Positions 50,455 to 60,807 are shown, counted from the stretch's first letter. The stretch: 64,000 nucleotides of DNA from Nibricoccus sp. (GCA_047602425.1 JASGHG010000001.1:3616001-3680000), one strand, 5' to 3'. Translations and numbers: made by a program. Notes: generated from the sequence alone by a model not told the origin.

Positions 50455-52488
50455 ATGGACAACGCAATGATCCCTCCAACAACCGAACCCGGTCTCCAGG
50501 CGGATCAGCGGTTGGTGGATCGTGGATGGTTGCGGATCGGCGCCGGCGCGGCAATCGCAGCCCAAGCGATGGTCTTCAGCCTCGCGGTGAACTTGTCGGA
50601 AATCGCAGGCTGGGCCTATGCCGTGGTACATGGGATTTTGATTTTATCCGCGATTGCTGCACTCGCGTTTCTCGGTGGCGACTTGGTGCGCTCGGCGTGG
50701 GACTCGGTACGCGAACGCAAAGTGAGCATCGATCTTTTGTTTTTGGTGACCCTTGCGGGAGCTCTGGCAGGATCGCTGATCAGCACCTTTACCCAGGCGG
50801 GCTCGGTTTACTACGAAGTCGTGGCAATCTTGATCGTGGTCCATACGACCGGAAAAATGCTGGGCGCGCGTAGCCGGGTGGCGGCGCTGCGGGCAGTGGA
50901 CGAAACCCGGGAAAAATTCGAATATTGCGACGTAGTTCAGGCGGATGGTTCGGTTGCAAGCGCAAAGGCGGGACAGGTCGCTGCCGACGCGCTCGTGCGG
51001 ACGGCGCCGGGCGCACCGATTGCGGTGGACGGCGAGATCGTTACGGGGCGTGGCTACGTGCAGGAAACTTCGATGACCGGCGAGTGGCGGCCGGAGCCGC
51101 GAGGCCCGGGAGACCGTGTCTTGGCGGGAACTTATTCGGTGGACGGCTCTTTCGAAATTCGGGTCGACGGTGGAACGCGGAAACTCGATGCGATTCTTGC
51201 CACCGTGCGTGAAGCGCGGCTGGCGCCATCGAAGCTGCAGCAGCAAGCCGACCGGTTGATGGCGTGGTTTTTGCCCCTGGTGGTTGGCGTGAGCGTGGCC
51301 ACGTTTTTTTGGTGGACGGCGCACGGGCCTTGGGAGCGGGCGCTTTTCAACGCAATGGCGGTTCTATTGGTCGCCTGTCCCTGTGCGATGGGTTTGGCCA
51401 CGCCTGTGGCGGTGTGGGGCGGTTTGGCCCGGCTGGCGAATTTTGGACTCGTGGCACGGACGGGCGATTTTCTCGACGTTCTCGCGCAAGCCGATACGCT
51501 TTATATCGACAAAACGGGCACGCTCTCGGTCGATGCACTCTCGGTGCGCGAGTGGCGGATGGAAACTGGTTTCGGCGAACACACGGATTGGCTGAAAGCC
51601 GCCGTCGGGGAGATCGAGGCCGGTCTGAAGCACCCCGTCGCACAGGCGCTGACGAACGCTTGTCATCCATTAAATGACAAACGATTGGGCGGGACACAGC
51701 CTTCGAACGTCGCGCTGCGGAACAGGCGGATTATTCCCGGGCAAGGCGTCGTGGCCGAGGTTGCGGGTCCTGAGAGAAATTTCGTTTCGCTGGCCGTCGG
51801 TGAACCCGAACTCGCCGCTTCTTCGGGCAACGATGCGCCGGAAAAAATCGGAAACGTTCGTCATTTAATGGATGACAAACGTTCGGGGAAGGCCGTGCGC
51901 GTTTTTATCGATGGGAAGTTGGTTGCTTCGATTATTTTGGAAGAGAAATGGCGGGTGGGGATGGGCGAGGCGTTGGAAAAACTTCGTGGGCAGGGCATCG
52001 CGGTCACGGTATTGAGCGGCGATCCGGGGGCGGGCGAAGTGTTAAGCGGTTTGCCGATTACAGTGCGGGCGGGGCTGACCCCTGCGCAAAAGCTGGCTCA
52101 GGTCGAAGAGGCGGTGCGAAGCGGGCGGACGGTCGTTTATGCGGGCGACGGCATCAACGACGCCGCGGCGATGAGCGCGGCGCACACTTCAGTCGCGATG
52201 CGGAGCGGGGCCGAATTGACGCGCGCGTCGTCGATGGCGGTGTTCGTCGGTGACGACCTGCGATTTTTGCCGCAGGCAATCGAACTGGCCCGGGCGGTGC
52301 GAACGAGTATTCGCAAAAATCTACTTTTCGCCGCGGGCTATAATTTGGTGGGCATGGCATTGGCGGCAGCCGGTCTGCTCCATCCGGTGGCTGCGGCGTT
52401 GCTCATGCTGGGCTCGAGCGTATTTGTCTCTATTGGTGCGTTGCGGTCGGGGCACCTGTTTTCGAATGAAGCGGCGGGCCGTCGTTGA
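50455..52488 (+). CDS. P1B-type heavy-metal (likely copper) ATPase
   Basis: TGE, ACPCAMGLA, DKTGT, HP, GDGINDA, YN and MLGSS motifs; no N-terminal CxxC domain. Confidence 0.92.
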   Translation: MDNAMIPPTTEPGLQADQRLVDRGWLRIGAGAAIAAQAMVFSLAVNLSEIAGWAYAVVHGILILSAIAALAFLGGDLVRSAWDSVRERKVSIDLLFLVTLAGALAGSLISTFTQAGSVYYEVVAILIVVHTTGKMLGARSRVAALRAVDETREKFEYCDVVQADGSVASAKAGQVAADALVRTAPGAPIAVDGEIVTGRGYVQETSMTGEWRPEPRGPGDRVLAGTYSVDGSFEIRVDGGTRKLDAILATVREARLAPSKLQQQADRLMAWFLPLVVGVSVATFFWWTAHGPWERALFNAMAVLLVACPCAMGLATPVAVWGGLARLANFGLVARTGDFLDVLAQADTLYIDKTGTLSVDALSVREWRMETGFGEHTDWLKAAVGEIEAGLKHPVAQALTNACHPLNDKRLGGTQPSNVALRNRRIIPGQGVVAEVAGPERNFVSLAVGEPELAASSGNDAPEKIGNVRHLMDDKRSGKAVRVFIDGKLVASIILEEKWRVGMGEALEKLRGQGIAVTVLSGDPGAGEVLSGLPITVRAGLTPAQKLAQVEEAVRSGRTVVYAGDGINDAAAMSAAHTSVAMRSGAELTRASSMAVFVGDDLRFLPQAIELARAVRTSIRKNLLFAAGYNLVGMALAAAGLLHPVAAALLMLGSSVFVSIGALRSGHLFSNEAAGRR

Positions 52489-52572
52489 GCAGTTTGGCGA
52501 TTGCCGCGGCAAAACTAGAGCACACACATAAAACTGTAGCCGTAAACCGGTGTTACAAACCGAGCTGTCTTC

Positions 52573-52601
52573 GTAGGGGCGCAGCAAGACTGCGCCCCTA
52601 C
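52573..52601. repeat. GTAG-type REP hairpin between convergent genes
   Basis: gtaggggcgcag-caaga-ctgcgcccctac, a perfect 12-bp stem. Confidence 0.8.
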
Positions 52602-52665
52602 AGCCGGAGTTGTGCGGCTATGACATTTTTAAAAATGCTCTAAGAAGACAGCTTTCGCGAGAATA

Positions 52666-53601
52666 CTATTTTTGTCTTCGCTCACGTTTTCGCGGCGGCG
52701 TGTTTTGCGGCGCCGCGGCAAATTGACGACGCCAGTTGTCGGGGGCGGCACCGAATGCTTGTTTGAAGGCCGCGGAAAGGTGAAAGGCCGAGCTGAAACC
52801 GAGACGGTTGGCGATGTCGTCAAGAGTGCTGTCGCCGGCCGACAGCAAGCGCCGTGCGCGGTCAAGGCGTTGGTAAAGCACATATTGCCAGGGGGCAAAT
52901 CCCGTATGGAGCTTGAACGCGCGGCGAAAATGCGAGTAGGCCACGCCGAGACGGCGGGCGAGGGCTTCGATGTTAACTGGTTCGCTCAGGTGTTCCGCGA
53001 GATGGCGTTCGGCTTCGGCCACGGCGCGTACGAGGCGCGAGCGTGCGGGACTGGCGCGTCCACAGGATTGCCAGACGGCGAGCGCACTGAGCAGCCGCGC
53101 GGAGAGTTCGGGATCGAACCCGGGTTGCTGCGCGTTGCGTACGCGGGCATGAATCGCATCAACCACCGTTTCGAGACCGGCGGCAAGTGCGCTTTTGCGG
53201 AGGGGCGATTCAGGATTGAGCACACCTGCGCGCCGAAGGTCATCGACGACGGGGCCACGAAACTCCGTCCATTTTTCCTCCCAGCCGAGAACGGGATCCG
53301 GGCGGTAGCGATGCCAGACTTTGGGAAAGAGGATAAAAGCGGTGCCAGTCTCTACTTCGACCCGACCGGTTTCGCGCGTTTCGAAAATCCCGCGACCGGC
53401 GGTGATGAGCAGAATTTGAAACGCGTCGAGACGTCTCCCCCGCGACCACGCGAAATAGTGATCGGTCGGGTGATCGCGAGGCGGGTAGGGCGCAGCGGGA
53501 GCGATGCGCGCAGCACCCACGGCGGTTACACCGAGGCCCCAATGAACGAGTTCGGGCGAAGCGGGCAAATAGTGAAAGTAGTCCGGCGCAGCGACGGGCA
53601 T
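52666..53601 (-). CDS. AraC-family transcriptional regulator (divergent from the rhamnose isomerase)
   Basis: Cupin-like N-terminus (LFPKVWHRYRP) and double HTH (YSHFRRAFK...LGFSSAFHLSAAFK). The start could be 53643. Confidence 0.92.
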   Translation of the reverse strand: MPVAAPDYFHYLPASPELVHWGLGVTAVGAARIAPAAPYPPRDHPTDHYFAWSRGRRLDAFQILLITAGRGIFETRETGRVEVETGTAFILFPKVWHRYRPDPVLGWEEKWTEFRGPVVDDLRRAGVLNPESPLRKSALAAGLETVVDAIHARVRNAQQPGFDPELSARLLSALAVWQSCGRASPARSRLVRAVAEAERHLAEHLSEPVNIEALARRLGVAYSHFRRAFKLHTGFAPWQYVLYQRLDRARRLLSAGDSTLDDIANRLGFSSAFHLSAAFKQAFGAAPDNWRRQFAAAPQNTPPRKRERRQK

Positions 53602-53733
53602 TTTTTGTATGAAGAAGATCATTGAGGCGATTCCTGCGCGCATGTCGATCCGCTAAGGTGGAACTCTTAGTTTCGCCCTGCGGTCGCAAAGTGACCGCTA
53701 CTCTGCCCAACCCTAACCCTGCAGTTTTCGCTC

Positions 53734-54933
53734 ATGACTCCCCAACAACAGAAAACCGCCCTTGAGGCCCTGAAATCGTTTAACATCGAAGTCCCTTCGT
53801 GGGGTTTCGCCGACACCGGCACGCGCTTCGGAAAATTTTTCCAGCCCGCTTCGGCCATCGATCTCAATGACAAACTCGCCGACGCCGGCCAGGTCCACAA
53901 AATGACCGGTTGCTGCCCGACCGTCGCCGTGCACGTCCTTTGGGATTTCAGGGCCGGTGAAGATCCGAACGTTTCCGCCAAGCTCGCCAAGAAGCACGGC
54001 GTGAAAATCGGTTCGATCAACCCGAACGTTTTCCAAGATCAGTGCTACAAGTGGGGTTCTTTCGCCAATGTTGACCCGAAGGTCCGCGAGCAGGCGCTCC
54101 AGCATTGCATCGATTCCATCGAAATCGGCAAAGCCGTGAAGAGCGAATATCTCTCCCTGTGGTTTGCCGACGGCACGAACTATCCCGGCCAGGAAAGCAT
54201 CCGCGACCGCAAGGCCCGTTTCGAGGAAGCCCTCAAGGCCTGTCACAAGAAACTCGCTCCCTGGCAGACGATGCTTGTCGAGTACAAGCCTTTCGAGCCC
54301 GCCTTCTACGCCACTGACATCGCCGATTGGGGCATGTCCTACCTGATGTCGAAAAAAGCCGGCCCTCGCGCCAAGGTCCTCGTCGACACCGGCCACCACT
54401 ACAACGCGCAGAACATCGAGCAGATCGTCGCCTGGCTCCTCGACGAAGAAATGCTCGGCGGCTTCCACTTCAACGACCGTCGTTACGCTGACGACGATCT
54501 CACACTGGGCTCGATCGATCCGTACCAGATCTTCCGCATCTTCCACGAAATCCATTCGTACGCGGTCGACACCGGTAAGATGCCGAAGATCGCCTACATG
54601 ATCGACCAGTCGCACAACGAAAAGCCGAAGATCGAGGCGACGATCCAGACCGTGATCATGGCACAGGAACTTTACACGAAGGCCGCGCTCGTCGATCACA
54701 AGGCGCTCCGCAAGGCTCAGGCGAAGAACAACGTCGTTGACGCCGAGCTAGAGTTGAAAAAAGCGTTCTTCACCGACGTCTCCCCCGCGCTCAAAGCTTG
54801 GCGCAAGGCCAACAACCTGCCGCTCGATCCGCTGGAAGGCCATCGTAAGAGCGGTTACGAAGCCGCCGCCGCGAAAGAGCGTACCCAGCGCCGCAAAGAC
54901 CTCGGCATCGTCCAAGGTGGAGGCTACGCCTAA
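53734..54933 (+). CDS. rhaI: L-rhamnose isomerase (RhaI-type, xylose isomerase-like TIM barrel)
   Basis: IEVPSWGF..TGTRF, WFADGTNYPGQ, EYKPFEP, DTGHH and FHFNDRRYADDDL motifs; next to rhaT. Confidence 0.88.
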   Translation: MTPQQQKTALEALKSFNIEVPSWGFADTGTRFGKFFQPASAIDLNDKLADAGQVHKMTGCCPTVAVHVLWDFRAGEDPNVSAKLAKKHGVKIGSINPNVFQDQCYKWGSFANVDPKVREQALQHCIDSIEIGKAVKSEYLSLWFADGTNYPGQESIRDRKARFEEALKACHKKLAPWQTMLVEYKPFEPAFYATDIADWGMSYLMSKKAGPRAKVLVDTGHHYNAQNIEQIVAWLLDEEMLGGFHFNDRRYADDDLTLGSIDPYQIFRIFHEIHSYAVDTGKMPKIAYMIDQSHNEKPKIEATIQTVIMAQELYTKAALVDHKALRKAQAKNNVVDAELELKKAFFTDVSPALKAWRKANNLPLDPLEGHRKSGYEAAAAKERTQRRKDLGIVQGGGYA

Positions 54934-55082
54934 GCGCTGAATGATTTACACGAAGGCTGGTGGATGTTTATCTGCCGGCCTTCTTCCTAAAATCTGACCG
55001 GACGTTTTCTTCCGATCTGACTTTGTTCTTTGTATGTTTCTAGTGTTTTCCGGTTTCTCGGCTAAATCGGTTGTCGGGCCAA

Positions 55083-55166
55083 GGTAGGGACGGCTCTCCG
55101 AGCCGTCCGTTATCGTGGACCGAGTTTGATGTTACGGTGCGGACGCCTCGGAAAGGCGTCCCTACC
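55083..55166. repeat. GTAG-type REP doublet (REPIN-like)
   Basis: ggtagggacggctctccgagccgtccg ... cggacgcctcggaaaggcgtccctacc, in inverted orientation. Confidence 0.8.
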
Positions 55167-55268
55167 ACTGGACCTCGAACAAAGCACAAAATCGTTCTTT
55201 CCTACTACAGTTTTCCCCTCCTCCAAAACCCGTCTCAACCCCCAACCTCAGCTTCACGCATCACACCC

Positions 55269-56456
55269 ATGACCCCTAATCCGATTCTTGGCGTTATTTT
55301 TCACTGGCTCGGCGGCCTGGCCTCCGGGAGTTTTTATGTGCCGTACAAAGGCGTTAAAAAATGGTCGTGGGAAACCTACTGGCTCGTCGGCGGTTTCTTT
55401 TCCTGGCTCATTTGTCCATGGTTCTTCGCGAGTATCCTGACCAAAGACCTGCTCAACGTCATCACCTCGCAATCCGGCAGCACGCTTTGGTGGACGTTTT
55501 TCTTCGGCCTGCTCTGGGGTTTTGGCGGCCTGACCTACGGTCTGACAATGCGCTATCTCGGTTTGGGATTGGGCACCGGTGTGGCGCTTGGCTACTGCGC
55601 TGCAATCGGCACTTTGTTGCCGCCTATCTTCAAGGCATTTATTCCTGCTATTCCGGTTCCTGAAACGTTGGCTCAGATCGCCTCAACTACAGCAGGTCAG
55701 ATTACTCTCGTCGGTGTCGCTGTCTGTTTGTTGGGCATCGCAATCTCCTCGCTCGCCGGATATACCAAGGAAAAAGAAATGCCGGCCGAACTAAAGGCCA
55801 AGGCTAATGCCGAGTTTAGTTTCGGCAAGGGCATCATCGTGGCTACCTTCTGCGGCGTGATGAGCGCTTGCTTTGCTTTCGCACTCACCGCGGGCAACCC
55901 AATCGGTGAGGCCTCAGTTAAGGCGGGCACTGATCCAATTTGGAGCGGTTTGCCGAAGCTCTGTGTGCTGCTTATCGGTGGCTTCACGACCAACTTCATC
56001 TGGTGCATTATTCTCAACTTTAAAAACAAGACCGGATATCAATACCTCGCCACTCACGTTCGTGCTGAGCATGCCGGTCTGACCGCTTCCGGTGGCGAAC
56101 ATGGTGCTGGTGATGCAAAATCCCCGGCTCCAACCGCAACCGATCTGAAGGTTCCTCGTCTTAGCAATTTCCTGTTTTCGGCGCTGGCCGGAACCACTTG
56201 GTATTTCCAATTTTTCTTCTATACGATGGGAGAAACTCAGATGGGTAAATTCGGTTTCGCCTCTTGGACGCTGCATATGGCCAGCATCATTATCTTTGCG
56301 ACGATATGGGGTTGGATTTTCCACGAATGGAAAGGCTCCAGTAAGAAAGCTCACAAGTTGATCGCATCGGGTGTTGCTGCACTTATCTTATCAACGATCA
56401 TTATTGGCGCTGGTGTAGGCTGGAAGGACATCCTCGCGTATTTCCAAGCTCACTAA
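55269..56456 (+). CDS. rhaT: L-rhamnose/proton symporter
   Basis: SGSFYVPYKGVKKWSWE, WGFGGLTYGLTMRYLG, GGFTTNFIWC, WYFQFFFY and SWTLHM motifs. Confidence 0.93.
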   Translation: MTPNPILGVIFHWLGGLASGSFYVPYKGVKKWSWETYWLVGGFFSWLICPWFFASILTKDLLNVITSQSGSTLWWTFFFGLLWGFGGLTYGLTMRYLGLGLGTGVALGYCAAIGTLLPPIFKAFIPAIPVPETLAQIASTTAGQITLVGVAVCLLGIAISSLAGYTKEKEMPAELKAKANAEFSFGKGIIVATFCGVMSACFAFALTAGNPIGEASVKAGTDPIWSGLPKLCVLLIGGFTTNFIWCIILNFKNKTGYQYLATHVRAEHAGLTASGGEHGAGDAKSPAPTATDLKVPRLSNFLFSALAGTTWYFQFFFYTMGETQMGKFGFASWTLHMASIIIFATIWGWIFHEWKGSSKKAHKLIASGVAALILSTIIIGAGVGWKDILAYFQAH

Positions 56457-56479
56457 TTACTACGTAGTCTTTGTCCTCG

Positions 56480-56509
56480 GGCGGCTGATTTCGATCAGCC
56501 GCCTTTTTT
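56480..56509 (+). terminator. Rho-independent terminator after rhaT
   Basis: Hairpin ggcggctgat-ttcg-atcagccgcc followed by T6. Confidence 0.9.
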
Positions 56510-56655
56510 GCGGGTATAAGGAGGAACGCGCAATCGTCTAGGGTGTAACCGGAAATGGAAAATAGCGGGTTCATGCTTGGCAAGAGGGGCTTGTGAGGAC
56601 GGTCTAGATCGAATCGTACACGGTTAGCCTCATGCTCTCGTTCGGCTGATGTGGA

Positions 56656-56877
56656 TTAAAATAAAACAATTAGCAGCGAAATGAAGGCCGTGAGCAAAAT
56701 GAAGCTGCCCTTTTTGCGCAGACGTTTTTGTTTTTCCCTGATTTCAGAAACCTTTTCAAAGGTTAAGGTTTTTTCTTCTATCTCACTTTCATACTTTTGG
56801 CATTCAGCAAACATCCACAAACCGGATAAAATAAAAGCCGTCGCATTGAAGCAGAGTAACACGTGGAATGTTGTCAT
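56656..56877 (-). CDS. Small hypothetical membrane protein, AT-rich
   Basis: 73 aa with two hydrophobic segments around a charged helix. Confidence 0.5.
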   Translation of the reverse strand: MTTFHVLLCFNATAFILSGLWMFAECQKYESEIEEKTLTFEKVSEIREKQKRLRKKGSFILLTAFISLLIVLF

Positions 56878-57258
56878 GCTTTGCCAGACAAGGTTATGAC
56901 CTCAATGGGGGTTGAACGCAACATGAGATGAGGGTTAGAGGTAAAGGGTGGATTGGGATTTCATAACCTCAGTAAATTGGATTTTAGGGGTATGACCAGG
57001 AGGGATTGAGATACTTCGAGCTGAGAGTGAACCGGCTGGAGCTCAACCCGCGGGATCGCCGATAGCGAAGGGAATCACGGAGCAGAAGGCAAAGGGTGGG
57101 GCATGGCAAATGGAATGGAAAGGATGGGCATAGCGGGTGCGGGGATTACGCAGTGAGATTTACGTATTTAAGCGGCGGTCTAGAGCTTAGTCTTCTGTGG
57201 TTGCTCGCTGTGGAAACAAAACTGGCGATGACAGCGCATCGCCCTCCAACCGGAGCAC

Positions 57259-60200
57259 TTAGCGTGTGCCGGGGGCTTTGCTGCGGAGCGTGGAGGCGGG
57301 TTCGGGCGCGGGGGCGGCGATGGGGAGGGTGGCGGAGGTGTGCAAAGTCACGGGACCGAGGAGGCCGGAGGGTTGCAGGGGATCGTCGCTTCGCCAGAGA
57401 CGCCAGCTGCTGAAGGTCTGGCGGCCTGTCGGGCTGGGCTGGTTGTCGAGCAGCCATTGCGGCCAGGATTTCAGCGTGCCGTTGGGATTTCGCTCGCTGT
57501 CGTCGGGAAGCAGTTCGTCGGCGATCAGGCGGTTGGGCCAGAGGTTGATGACTTCGACTTCAAGTTCATTGGGACCGGCAATCGCCGCGTTGGTGATGTC
57601 GATTTGATAAGGCGACTTCCAGAGCAAGCCGAGGGGTTTGCCATTGAGGTTGACCTTGGCCATCACGCACACCTTGCCGAGGTCCAGAATGAGGCGCTGG
57701 TCTTTTCCGAGATACCCCTTGGGGATGTCGATGGTTTTGGTGTAGGAGGCGATACCGGAGAAATAACGGGCGCCGGGCTCCGCGAGAGCGGTCCAGGATT
57801 TGAGTTCGTCGAGCATGACGTGGGCGGGCGCGCCCGAGCCGGCGGGGAAACGCAGGTTCCAACTACCCTCGATGGTCGTGTCGGGCGGAAGGAGGGGAAC
57901 CTTGAATTTCCGTTTTCTGCCATCGGAGAAGGTGAGGACGTAAGGCCCGGCTTCCCGAACCGAACCAGTAACCAGGTTAAGCGGATATGCGGCGCGGGTG
58001 GAGAAACCGTTTTCGTAGAGCGGAATTTTGTTGAGCGTGATGCCGATGAGATTGGGCGGCGGAGCCCCTTGGGGCGCCGGCCGGAAGACGACGAACCACG
58101 AGCCATTGGCGGCGAAGGGAATCGAAAGGCGAGTCTGGCCGGGCTTGGCGGGAGCGTTTGGGTAGGACGCAATGATGCGGCCGGTTTCGGCGTCCCAAAG
58201 TTCGGGAATTTTGCCGGCGACACGGAAGGCGCAGAGGGCAGTGGTAGGCGAGTCGTTTTGGTTGGAAACGAAATAAATTTCAGTGGAATCGACGGTGCGG
58301 TGGGTCCAGCGAAGTTCCTTGTCGGCCTCGAAGTCCACCGGGATGGCGAGGAGTTCCAGTGCCTTTTCGGCCGGAATGCCGCGGAAAACGCGCCCCTTGC
58401 CGAAAGTGCGGGTGGTCGTGATTGGTTCGTTGCCCCAAAGTTCGTTGGCGATGGTTTGAAGTTCGGTGTCGGCTTGCGGATAGCCGGTTAGGCCGGGCGT
58501 GGCATGCGGTGGTTCGCCGAGGATGGCGGCGCCGGCCTGCACGAGGTCGCGGAGATGTTTCAACGTCGGCAGCGTCATCGTGCCGGTGTGATGGAGTGTG
58601 AGCAGGCGATAGCTGCGTCCATTGGGCAAGGAGAGACGGCCGTTTTTGAAGGAGAGTTTGGCAAAGGTGTCGGTGCCGCACACGTCGTAGTCGTATCCGT
58701 TAAGTGGCGACAATTGGACGCGAAGGAGAGGTTCCTCAGACTGGAGCTGAAGGACGTCGGCGACGGCATCGCCCTGGCGGAGGAGATATTGGCAGCGCGT
58801 GAGGTAGTCGTGCCACGGGCGGGAGTATGCCCACCAAGTGTTGGTGCGTTCGTAGTGGAGACCGGAGGTGCCGGCTTGCAGGCCGGGCGCGCGTTTGGGG
58901 AAGGGTTGGGCGGCGAAGCGGTGGATGACGAGCCGGTTGATGCCTTGGCAGAAGGCGTCGTCTCCTATGCTTTTGAGGAGCGCGGGATGCCAGAGCCAGC
59001 GTTCATTTTGGGAAGATGTGAACGCCTCGGAGGCGACGATGCGGCGGCCGTTGACGTGGGCGGCGGAAGCCATGGATTTGGTTGTCGGATAGAAATCGGC
59101 GCCCTGGCCAGTGGGCGTCCAGAACTCGGCCATTGGTTCTTCGACGTGGTTGGCGGCGTCGAGGTCGCTGCCGGTGGTGGTGTAGCTCTCGAAGGTGAAC
59201 CGCAGGCCATTTTCGCGGGCGAGGCGGGCATATTCGGCGACGTAGTTTTCCACCATGAGTTCGGACACGGTTTTGCGCAGGTCCCAAAGGAAACGTTCGG
59301 AGATTTGCAGGCTGCCGATGACGCGACCGGTGAGCACGGGCAGGAACGGCACGGGATCGTAGCCGCGGCGTTTTTGAAATTCTTCGCGCATGCCGGCGGT
59401 CCAGTTTTGTCCACCGCCTTCCCAGCTATCGATGTGCGTGGCGACGAGCGTTTTTTTGCCATCGGGGCCAGCGAGGGCGTTGAGTTGTTGGGCGAAGGCG
59501 TTGAAGTGAAGCGCGGTGGCGGCCTTGCTGAGTTTGTCGGTTTCGGGACCGCTCTGATCCTTGGCGGCGGACCGGACGACACTGCCGTTGAAGGCATGGC
59601 CGATACGGAGGACAGTCCAATCCCCGGGCGGAGCATCCCACGTGAGCTGGCCGTCGGCATTCATCGCGGCGGTGAGATCGATCACGCGATCCTGTGCAAT
59701 AATGGCGGAGGCGGGAGCAAGGGCGTTAGGTGGAGCGCTCTGAATGCCGCCGTAGGCAATCCACATTTTCCATTGGAGCGCCTTCATGGTTAGACTGGGG
59801 ATTTTGTAGCGGTCTTTTTCCGGGAGTGGGAACTCAGAGAACGCGAGCACGGCGATGTCGCGATAATCGGGACGATCGACAGGTTTCGCGAGCGTGCCCT
59901 GAAAGCGTTTGCCGCCCTTGACGTAGTGCTCGCTCTGATACACGGACTGCATGCCCTGTTCGGGCATCACCCAAGGACCGCCGCTGCCACCGCAGCCGGG
60001 GCCGTTATTGACGTTGAGTTCGAGCCCAAGGCGTTTGGCTTCGCGTACGGCATGTTGGATCAACGCCTGCCACTGGTCGTCGAAAAATTTCACTTGGCTG
60101 GCGGGAGTACCTTGATCGACGTCGAGGAGCAGGGCGCCACCGAGGCCGACGCGGGCCATGGATTCGAGATCGGCGGTGATGCTTTCGCGGGTGACATTGC

Positions 60201-60384
60201 TGTTGAGCCACGTCCAATAAACCCAGGGGCGGGCCGAGGCGGGAGGCCGGGCAAAATTGTCGCTTAAGGTATTGGCGCGAAGAAAGGGGAGTGACAACCC
60301 AAGGGAAAGGGCCAAGGCAAAAAGCTTCAGGAATCGCGGCATAAAGCCGCTCCTACCGAGGGGAGCGGGGAAGCTGGGAGGCAT
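57259..60384 (-). CDS. Glycoside hydrolase family 106 (alpha-L-rhamnosidase-like)
   Basis: FARPPASARPWVYWTWLNSN, HIDSWE, ASEAFT, ERTNTWW, ELWDAETG and LEVEVINLWPNRLIAD motifs. Alternative start at 60342. Confidence 0.88.
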   Translation of the reverse strand: MPPSFPAPLGRSGFMPRFLKLFALALSLGLSLPFLRANTLSDNFARPPASARPWVYWTWLNSNVTRESITADLESMARVGLGGALLLDVDQGTPASQVKFFDDQWQALIQHAVREAKRLGLELNVNNGPGCGGSGGPWVMPEQGMQSVYQSEHYVKGGKRFQGTLAKPVDRPDYRDIAVLAFSEFPLPEKDRYKIPSLTMKALQWKMWIAYGGIQSAPPNALAPASAIIAQDRVIDLTAAMNADGQLTWDAPPGDWTVLRIGHAFNGSVVRSAAKDQSGPETDKLSKAATALHFNAFAQQLNALAGPDGKKTLVATHIDSWEGGGQNWTAGMREEFQKRRGYDPVPFLPVLTGRVIGSLQISERFLWDLRKTVSELMVENYVAEYARLARENGLRFTFESYTTTGSDLDAANHVEEPMAEFWTPTGQGADFYPTTKSMASAAHVNGRRIVASEAFTSSQNERWLWHPALLKSIGDDAFCQGINRLVIHRFAAQPFPKRAPGLQAGTSGLHYERTNTWWAYSRPWHDYLTRCQYLLRQGDAVADVLQLQSEEPLLRVQLSPLNGYDYDVCGTDTFAKLSFKNGRLSLPNGRSYRLLTLHHTGTMTLPTLKHLRDLVQAGAAILGEPPHATPGLTGYPQADTELQTIANELWGNEPITTTRTFGKGRVFRGIPAEKALELLAIPVDFEADKELRWTHRTVDSTEIYFVSNQNDSPTTALCAFRVAGKIPELWDAETGRIIASYPNAPAKPGQTRLSIPFAANGSWFVVFRPAPQGAPPPNLIGITLNKIPLYENGFSTRAAYPLNLVTGSVREAGPYVLTFSDGRKRKFKVPLLPPDTTIEGSWNLRFPAGSGAPAHVMLDELKSWTALAEPGARYFSGIASYTKTIDIPKGYLGKDQRLILDLGKVCVMAKVNLNGKPLGLLWKSPYQIDITNAAIAGPNELEVEVINLWPNRLIADELLPDDSERNPNGTLKSWPQWLLDNQPSPTGRQTFSSWRLWRSDDPLQPSGLLGPVTLHTSATLPIAAPAPEPASTLRSKAPGTR

Positions 60385-60465
60385 GGCCGGTATTGAACAA
60401 AAGCCCCGGAGGTTGTTCCGGGGATTCTTTTGTTGGGGTAGAACTGGGTTGGGAGAAAAAATCGT

Positions 60466-60807
60466 TTAGCCGGGAGGCCAGTTGAGCTGACGACGCGCAA
60501 GCAAGTGAACGTGAAGATGAGGGACGGATTCGCACGCGTCGGGGCCATTGTTGATCACGAGACGAAAACCTTTGGCGAGGTTGAGCTTTTTCGCGACGAC
60601 GCCGGCGGTGAGAATGAGATGGCCGAGCGTGACCTGGTCATCGTTGGTGGCGGCCTCGACGCGCGGAATGACCTTCTTCGGGATGATCAGAAGGTGCACG
60701 GGCGCTTGGGGCTGGATGTCGTTGATGACGATGCAATGTTCGTCCTCGTGTTCGATCTTCGCAGGGATTTCGCGATCGATGATTTTTTGAAAGATGGTTT
60801 TGGACAT
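60466..60807 (-). CDS. HIT-family (histidine triad) nucleotide-binding protein
   Basis: TIFQKIIDREIP, DIQPQAPVHLLIIPK and VPHLHVH motifs. Confidence 0.95.
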   Translation of the reverse strand: MSKTIFQKIIDREIPAKIEHEDEHCIVINDIQPQAPVHLLIIPKKVIPRVEAATNDDQVTLGHLILTAGVVAKKLNLAKGFRLVINNGPDACESVPHLHVHLLARRQLNWPPG

